Positions 57,473 to 64,000 of a stretch of 64,000 nucleotides of DNA are shown in pieces; position 1 is the first letter of the stretch; every line of letters starts with the position of its first letter. Made by a program: the position numbers and the translations under genes. A model generated the notes under the pieces. The model saw only the letters and a list, made by a program, of their open reading frames with translations. It was not told where the DNA came from and searched no databases. The DNA is from Candidatus Micrarchaeia archaeon (GTDB taxonomy: Archaea; Micrarchaeota; Micrarchaeia; Micrarchaeales; CABMGC01): positions 84,942 through 148,941 of the forward strand of contig JBMFWW010000001.1 of assembly GCA_049964835.1 (NCBI GenBank), written 5' to 3'.

Positions 57473-57880
57473 ATGATAACAGGAATAGAAGTAAGTAAGG
57501 TTGAAGCGAAAAGAGAAAATCTCGAACCTATATCTAATATGAAGTTTAATATAAACTTCGATAATGTTGAAATAAAACAAGAATCAGTTAGTGTAGGTTT
57601 CACATTTGCTGCTGTTTATGAAACTGGTTCTGGAAATAAGCAAACAAAGGTTGGCGAGTTAGTAATTTCAGGAAAGGTTATGTCAAAGGAGTCAAAGAAA
57701 GATCTAGATGAGATAGATAGTACATGGAAAAATAAAAAGACATTGCCGTTAAGATTCGCAGAAGATGTAATAAATCTCGTAAACTTTGAATGCGGCTCAA
57801 GAGGAACATTAATTGCATACTCTATAGGTTTTGCTGCGCCATTGCCAATATCCAGAGCAAAGCTTGAAGAAACAAAGTAA
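57473..57880 (+). CDS. Conserved archaeal protein, possibly SecB-like fold, upstream of polB
   Basis: Four beta strands, a helix, and a C-terminal APLP. Confidence 0.6.
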   Translation: MITGIEVSKVEAKRENLEPISNMKFNINFDNVEIKQESVSVGFTFAAVYETGSGNKQTKVGELVISGKVMSKESKKDLDEIDSTWKNKKTLPLRFAEDVINLVNFECGSRGTLIAYSIGFAAPLPISRAKLEETK

Positions 57881-57910
57881 TTTTTATATATTTTTACGAG
57901 GAAGGGCTTT

Positions 57911-60319
57911 TTGGAGTTAGAAGGTATAATTATTGATATAGATTATTTCAATATATCAGAAAGGAGTATAATTCGTTTAACAATAAAATCAAAAGAAAAA
58001 ATCTATACCTTGCTTGATAACTTCTTCCAGCCCTATTTCTATATTATTCCAAACAACGATTCGATTTCTCTTTCTTCAATAAGCAACTTCAAAGATAATT
58101 TTGATGGTAGGGTAATAGCACCGTCAAAGGTTGAAGAAGTAAACATAAAATTAAAAGGAATTCTCACAAAAGTATTTAAGATCTATGTTAATAGCACAAG
58201 AGATGTAAACCATCTAAGTGAAGTATTAGCCGAATTTGGTCAAAGATACGAGTATGATATTCTATTTTGGAAAAGATATCTAATAGATAAAAATATAGTT
58301 CCTTTATCAGGAATAAAAGCAAGCGTTTCTGAGCTTGACGGTTCTCTTTATTTAGATAAAATAGAAAATATTTCTGATTATAATATAAATTTAAAGCATA
58401 TTAGCTTCGATATTGAAACATACAACCCTCTAGGAGCCCCTAGGCCCTTAGTAGATCCAACTATAATGATAAGCTATACTGATGGAGAGCGAAAAGAGGT
58501 TCTTTCTACTAAACAGATAAAAAAGGATTTCTTAAGATACTTCAAAACAGAAAAAGAAATGATTGATTATTTTACATCTATAATAAAAGAAAATGATTAT
58601 GACTTTATTGTAGGATATAATTCATCTAATTTCGATTTGCCATATCTTATTAAAAGAGCTTCAGTAACTGGGGCATCATTTGAAATAGGAAGATATGGTG
58701 ATGTTCCTAAACAAGAACATCATGGTTTATTAGAAGCAATAAAAATTCCAGGCAGGTCAAATGTAGACATATACAACGTAGCGAAATTTGTATCTATTGT
58801 TGGAGCATCTGAAAAACTAATACGCGCAAATAGATTTACACTTAGTGAAGTATACGCTGCTGTAACCGGAGACAAAAAACGTATGGTCGATAGACTAAAC
58901 ATCTGGCAAATTTGGGATGGTCCTCAAGAAGGTATAGAGGAACTTGCAGAATACTCACTTGCTGACTCATTAGCCTTAGATGAGTTATACAAATTTTTTA
59001 TACCTTTAGAGATTGAACTTTCGAAGGTTTCCGGATCAACACTTGCAGAAACCTGCATATCAACAACAGGTCAATTAGTAGAGTATATGCTTATGAGATA
59101 TGCACACGAGAACAACGAATTAATACCAAACAAGCCTTCAGACCGTGAGATAGTTTGGAGAAATGCTAATCCAATAGAGGGTGCATTTGTAAAAACTCCA
59201 GAAGCCGGTATTTATAACAATATAGCCGTTTTTGATTTTAGGGGTCTTTATCCATCAATAATTATAACTTATAATATAGATCCTTCTACATTAACAAAAA
59301 ATCAAAATGCTGATGTTTTCAAATCACCAACAAACGCCTCATTCTTGAAAAAACCTTTAGGTGTAATACCAAAGGTTCTCAAACTTTTAATAGACCAAAG
59401 ATCAGAAGTCAAAAAAGCCTATAAAAAAGATCCAGATAATAAATCATTAGGCGCAAGATCAACAGCACTTAAAATACTTGCAAACTCTTTTTATGGATAT
59501 CTTGGCTATGCAAGATCAAGATGGTACTCTAGAGAATCTGCAGAAAGTGTAACTGCTTTTGGAAGAGAGTACATTAAAAAAACAATGGAAACTGCAGAAA
59601 AACACGGATTTAAGGTATTATACTCAGATACAGACAGCATATTTTTAGAGTTAGCAGGAAAGTCAAAAGAGGAAGCTCTTTCATTTCAAAAAATAGTAAA
59701 TGAGTCGCTTCCAGAATCCATGGAACTTGAGCTTGAGGATTTTTATACTCGTGGAGTTTTTGTAGGAAAGAAAGGACCAAACTCAAAAGGTGCAAAGAAA
59801 AAGTATGCACTGCTTTCAGAATCTGGCAGAATAAAAATAAAAGGATTTGAACTTGTAAGAAGAGACTGGTCAGTTATTTCAAGAAATACGCAAAGATTAG
59901 TTTTAGAGACTATATTAAAAGAAGGAAGCAAAGAGAAAGCAATATCTATAGTAAAAGATGTAATTAAAAACTTAAGAGAAGGCAATGTAGAAATAAAAGA
60001 TTTAGTTATACAAACTCAATTAAGGAAAAAAATAGATAATTATGATTCTAAATCTCCAGAACTTGCCGCTGTTAAAAAGGCAATAGCAAAAGGTCAAAAA
60101 AAGAAGGTAGATATGGAAGGTGCAACAGTAGGTTATGTAATAACAAAAAATGGAAGTACTATATCTGAAAAGGCAGAACTAGAAGAGTTTGCAGAAAACT
60201 ATGATGCTGAATACTATATTAATCATCAAATAATTCCATCAACTCTCAAAATTCTAAAAGAGTTGGGCATAACTGAAGAAGAACTTAAGGGTCTGGGTTC
60301 GCAAAAAAAACTAATGTGA
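57911..60319 (+). CDS. polB: Family B DNA polymerase
   Basis: Exo FDIET / YNSSNFD / YSLAD; pol DFRGLYPSII, KILANSFYGY, YSDTDS; KKKYA; no intein. Confidence 0.97.
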   Translation: MELEGIIIDIDYFNISERSIIRLTIKSKEKIYTLLDNFFQPYFYIIPNNDSISLSSISNFKDNFDGRVIAPSKVEEVNIKLKGILTKVFKIYVNSTRDVNHLSEVLAEFGQRYEYDILFWKRYLIDKNIVPLSGIKASVSELDGSLYLDKIENISDYNINLKHISFDIETYNPLGAPRPLVDPTIMISYTDGERKEVLSTKQIKKDFLRYFKTEKEMIDYFTSIIKENDYDFIVGYNSSNFDLPYLIKRASVTGASFEIGRYGDVPKQEHHGLLEAIKIPGRSNVDIYNVAKFVSIVGASEKLIRANRFTLSEVYAAVTGDKKRMVDRLNIWQIWDGPQEGIEELAEYSLADSLALDELYKFFIPLEIELSKVSGSTLAETCISTTGQLVEYMLMRYAHENNELIPNKPSDREIVWRNANPIEGAFVKTPEAGIYNNIAVFDFRGLYPSIIITYNIDPSTLTKNQNADVFKSPTNASFLKKPLGVIPKVLKLLIDQRSEVKKAYKKDPDNKSLGARSTALKILANSFYGYLGYARSRWYSRESAESVTAFGREYIKKTMETAEKHGFKVLYSDTDSIFLELAGKSKEEALSFQKIVNESLPESMELELEDFYTRGVFVGKKGPNSKGAKKKYALLSESGRIKIKGFELVRRDWSVISRNTQRLVLETILKEGSKEKAISIVKDVIKNLREGNVEIKDLVIQTQLRKKIDNYDSKSPELAAVKKAIAKGQKKKVDMEGATVGYVITKNGSTISEKAELEEFAENYDAEYYINHQIIPSTLKILKELGITEEELKGLGSQKKLM

Positions 60320-61083
60320 AAAATATGGAGTATAATTTTAGTAATGTAAAACCCCCTTCCTCATATAGTTATTTTGATAGAAAATTAAGAAGAAAAAACA
60401 AGATAACAAAAGAAATGAAGGATTTACCGAAAACCTACAATTCAAAAAACTGTTATCATACGAATCCGATGACCTATTATTACAGAACCTTGAGAGAACT
60501 ACAAGATCTTCCATTAAAAGCTAATAAAAATGATAAATTTTTGGATTGGGGTTGTTCAACTGGTGTATCTACGATAGCTATAGCAAATTCATTCAAAGAA
60601 GCAACAGTTATCGGTCTTGACATATCTGAAACAAGAGTAAAAATAGCATTGCAGCGTACATTGGTTACATTAAAAAAAGGATACATTACAGTTTACAATT
60701 CATCTATAGCAAGTCTTGTTAAGGAAGAAATTCCTAATCCTGAATGTATTAAAGTACCAAAGGCGTTTTTAGTTGCTGATGGGTTCAATTCACCATTCAA
60801 GGACAAAGAATTTAATACTGTATTTTGTATGAATAATATTTACTATATATTAAACAAAGCAGATGAAGCAGACCTATCATTAAAAATGAGAGAGTTATTA
60901 AGAGTAATAAAAGAAAAAGGGCATTTACTAATAACTGGAACTGATGATCTTATAAACCTAGAGATATTACTACTTGAGAAGAGAGATAACAAGATGCAAC
61001 CCGTATGCTCTACATTTACATTAAATAATGAAACTTCAAGGAAAAGAATGGAACTAATAATGAAAATGTGCAACAGATCTTAA
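60316..61083 (+). CDS. Class I SAM-dependent methyltransferase
   Basis: LDWGCSTG; GLDIS; FLVADG..PF. Confidence 0.8.
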   Translation: MKNMEYNFSNVKPPSSYSYFDRKLRRKNKITKEMKDLPKTYNSKNCYHTNPMTYYYRTLRELQDLPLKANKNDKFLDWGCSTGVSTIAIANSFKEATVIGLDISETRVKIALQRTLVTLKKGYITVYNSSIASLVKEEIPNPECIKVPKAFLVADGFNSPFKDKEFNTVFCMNNIYYILNKADEADLSLKMRELLRVIKEKGHLLITGTDDLINLEILLLEKRDNKMQPVCSTFTLNNETSRKRMELIMKMCNRS

Positions 61084-61096
61084 ATTAGGAGATAAA

Positions 61097-61999
61097 ATGG
61101 AAGATAATATAAAAATATTAAAAGAAGCAGGAAAGATTTCTGTAGATGCTTTAAATTATTCAAAATCAATAGTAAAAGAAGGAGTAAAGCTAATTGATGC
61201 TGCAGAAAAGATAGAGCTTTTTATAAAAGAGAAAGGCTATGGGCTTTCATTTCCAATAAATATATCAATAAATGAAAAGGCAGCACATTTTACACCTTCA
61301 AAAAAATCTGAACTAATTTTTAATAAAAATGATCTTGTTAAAATAGATCTTGGTGCTAGATATGAAAACTCCTTATCAGATTGTGCAATAAGTATAGATC
61401 TCTCTGGAGAAAATCAAAAAATGGTAGACACTGCAGAAAAGGCATTAGAAGAAGCAATTTCATTAGTTAAATCAGGTAGAAAGGTTTGGGAGATAGGTGC
61501 AGCGATTGAAAATGTAGCTAAAAAAGCAGGATTTAAGCCAATAATGAATCTGGGTGGCCATGGTATAGAAAGTGATGAACTTCACGCAGGGGTATTCATA
61601 CCAAATTTTGACAATGGAGACGATACTGAGTTAGAAGAAGGTCAAATAATATCTATAGAACCATTTATAACAAATGGTTTTGGTTATGTTGACGAAACAG
61701 ATGACGTTCAAATATATCAATTAATATCTATAAATACAACTCCAAGATCATCAGAATCAAGAACTGTCCTTGAGCACATCAAAAAGAATTATCTTACATA
61801 TCCCTTTTCTTTAAGATGGCTTGAAAGTTCACTATCAGAGTTATCTGAATTTAAGATACTCAAAGCAATTTCAGAATTGGATTCTTTAGGTATGTTGGAA
61901 AAGTTCCCAGTTCTTATAGAGCGAAAGAAGGGAATAGTAGCACAGGCAGAAAAAGAGCTTTTAGTTGAAAAGGATTCATGCACAGTTTTAACTAAGTAA
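61097..61999 (+). CDS. map: Methionine aminopeptidase type II
   Basis: FPINISINEKAAHF; KIDLG; DCA; NLGGH; IEPF; QAE. Confidence 0.95.
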   Translation: MEDNIKILKEAGKISVDALNYSKSIVKEGVKLIDAAEKIELFIKEKGYGLSFPINISINEKAAHFTPSKKSELIFNKNDLVKIDLGARYENSLSDCAISIDLSGENQKMVDTAEKALEEAISLVKSGRKVWEIGAAIENVAKKAGFKPIMNLGGHGIESDELHAGVFIPNFDNGDDTELEEGQIISIEPFITNGFGYVDETDDVQIYQLISINTTPRSSESRTVLEHIKKNYLTYPFSLRWLESSLSELSEFKILKAISELDSLGMLEKFPVLIERKKGIVAQAEKELLVEKDSCTVLTK

Positions 62000-62044
62000 A
62001 TAATAGTAATTTATAAAAATAAATTATTTATAAATAATATGTTA

Positions 62045-62947
62045 CTACTTAACAAGAGTTACCCAATCAAATTCATCATTTTTTCCAGCAGTAGCATCTG
62101 CATAAGCTTCTGAAAGCATTTTTGTAAATGGTCCTATACTTCCCTTTCCTATAATTTTATTATCAACATATCCTATTGGAGTTATCTCGGCAGCAGTTCC
62201 TGCAAAAAATAATTCATCTGCATTATAAAGCTCTTCTCTATGAATTAGTCGTTCATTAACTACTATGCCTTTGTTTTCAGCTAGCTTTATTATCGTGTCC
62301 CTAGTGTAGCCCATAAGTATATCAGATTCTTCTGAAGGCGTTATCAGTTCATTATTTTTAACTAGGAATATGTTTTCTCCAGGACCCTCAGCTACAAAGC
62401 CTCTTACATCTAGCAGTATGGCTTCATTAGCCCCTAACGATTTTGCCTCATTAGACGCTATTATCGAGTTAAGGTAATTGCCACTAGCCTTAGCTTGAGG
62501 AGGAAGTATCTGTGAATTAATTCTTCTCCATGAAGAAACAATACATCTTATACCTTTATTTTCTGCTTTGAAGTATTTGCCAAACTCAACAGCAGCTATT
62601 CCTACACTTATTTTTTTACCCTCTACTCCTAGCCCTATTTTACTATCATTATAAAATGCGAAAGGTCTTATATATCCAGATTTGATATTATTTTTCTTTA
62701 CAACTTTTAGAACAGCATCACAAAGCTCATTCAATGTATAATTTATTTTCATGTCATATATTTTAGCACTTCTCAGAAATCTTTCCATATGGTTTCTAAG
62801 CCTAAAAACTCCCACCCCCATATCAGTTTCATAAGCTCTGATACCTTCAAAAACGCCACTTCCATACTGTAAAGAATGAGTTAGCATATCAAAAGATACA
62901 TCTTTTCTTTGAAGAATCTTTCCATCAAACCAAACATAACCTTCCAT
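62045..62947 (-). CDS. ilvE: Branched-chain amino acid aminotransferase
   Basis: HSLQYGSGVFEGIRAY; AKASGNY; EGPGENIF; GTAAEITP. Confidence 0.95.
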   Translation of the reverse strand: MEGYVWFDGKILQRKDVSFDMLTHSLQYGSGVFEGIRAYETDMGVGVFRLRNHMERFLRSAKIYDMKINYTLNELCDAVLKVVKKNNIKSGYIRPFAFYNDSKIGLGVEGKKISVGIAAVEFGKYFKAENKGIRCIVSSWRRINSQILPPQAKASGNYLNSIIASNEAKSLGANEAILLDVRGFVAEGPGENIFLVKNNELITPSEESDILMGYTRDTIIKLAENKGIVVNERLIHREELYNADELFFAGTAAEITPIGYVDNKIIGKGSIGPFTKMLSEAYADATAGKNDEFDWVTLVK

Positions 62948-63083
62948 CTAATCAATATTAAATATGCTATAATGTTTTTATATATATCTAGAAGATTGGT
63001 GTTGCAAAATGAATGTCATACTATGTTTATATGCTCTGCTATTTCACATAAGCTTATAAATTTTCATTTTTAATAATATAGAC

Positions 63084-63926
63084 ATGGCAACCTTCAGAAC
63101 CTTCTTAATATCTGTTTTAGGCGCAGTTTTTTTCTTAGGTGTTGTTAATGCAACTACCTATATAGCAATACAAAGTCCGGTAGTCGCAACACTTTACAAT
63201 AATGGCAGTACTTACATTGGAAAGGTAGGCCCTGGAGAGAGTTTTTACATACTCACAAATGCTTCTACTACAAATAAAACCGGTGCCTATGTAAACATAG
63301 GTTGGGATACGCTCACAGCGGTTAAATTGCCATCTGGTTGGTATGCACAATCATCTCCTTCATATGCAAATCCTATGCGAATAAGAATAACAGTATCACC
63401 AAATTCAACAAATAGTAGATATGCTCTGGTTTTAAGAGCTGTAAACTTCAATAATTATTCAAAATTAGGCAATCTTACATTTACTGCTTATGTAAATGTG
63501 AGCACAAATGTTTTCACCGTTTCTGTAACTCCGAATACCGTTTATTCTGGAATAAATCAGCCGGTAAATTTATATATAAAAATAAATAACACTGGAATTT
63601 CAGATGATCCATTTATAATATCCTCAAAAGGACTTCCATCCTGGAATGTTACCGACTCAGCGATATCCCTACATGGAAAAAGTACAGTTTTCAAATATCC
63701 AATTTTTGTTGGACAACCTGGATTATATAAATTAAATCTAACTGTGTCATCATCTTCAAGTAGTCTTTTAAGAGAATCATATCCTATTAATTTTGAAGTA
63801 AATACAACTGTTTTAAATGACTACAAAGCGATAGGCAGCGGTGTTCCTCTATCACCAATAATATTCGAACCTGCATATGCATTTATGTCATTTCTTCAAT
63901 ACATCTACTCATTAGTTTTTAATTAA
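63084..63926 (+). CDS. Secreted beta-sandwich protein with a C-terminal amphipathic/hydrophobic helix
   Basis: Signal peptide; NTGISDD CARDB-like motif; many sequons. Confidence 0.75.
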   Translation: MATFRTFLISVLGAVFFLGVVNATTYIAIQSPVVATLYNNGSTYIGKVGPGESFYILTNASTTNKTGAYVNIGWDTLTAVKLPSGWYAQSSPSYANPMRIRITVSPNSTNSRYALVLRAVNFNNYSKLGNLTFTAYVNVSTNVFTVSVTPNTVYSGINQPVNLYIKINNTGISDDPFIISSKGLPSWNVTDSAISLHGKSTVFKYPIFVGQPGLYKLNLTVSSSSSSLLRESYPINFEVNTTVLNDYKAIGSGVPLSPIIFEPAYAFMSFLQYIYSLVFN

Positions 63927-64000
63927 ATATAAAAAAGCTGAGTATTTGCCAAAAAAAGAAAATAAATTGTTAATTTATCCTTTAGAGTTAGAGTCTATTA

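Overview
AT-rich archaeal chromosomal segment, most consistent with an acidophilic DPANN archaeon of Ca. Micrarchaeota type. That assignment is inferred from the archaeal informational genes, compact gene packing, an intron-containing tRNA and a respiratory chain. Most of the window is housekeeping: alaS, glyS, gatCAB-aspS, pheST, ileS, polB, rfcL, priL, rpa, eIF5A, eS24, eS31, map, ilvE, carS, an 11-subunit complex I lacking NuoEFG, a menA/menG/prenyl-synthase cluster and three tRNAs. Two IS 'graveyards' (about 9.8-10.5 kb and 55.0-57.4 kb) share the same three element types. The most interesting signals, several missed by the ORF track, are: (1) a 533-bp mini IS200/IS605 element with a 38-aa AbrB-like microprotein coupled to an in-frame-deleted TnpB that keeps its omegaRNA end, plus solo right-end copies elsewhere; (2) a C/D box sRNA and a Nop5 whose fibrillarin-binding N-domain appears replaced by an R/G/N/D-rich disordered tail; (3) an mTERF-like repeat pseudogene; (4) a PriL-PriX fusion without an Fe-S domain; (5) a bacterial-type AspRS in the gatCAB operon; (6) three tRNAs that all lack U55; (7) several genes that appear to need AUA/AUU/ACG starts; (8) nuoM inverted out of its operon; (9) an orphan 568-aa protein beside the tRNA pair. 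No CRISPR array or rRNA was seen. All family calls come from motif recognition by eye, without database searches.
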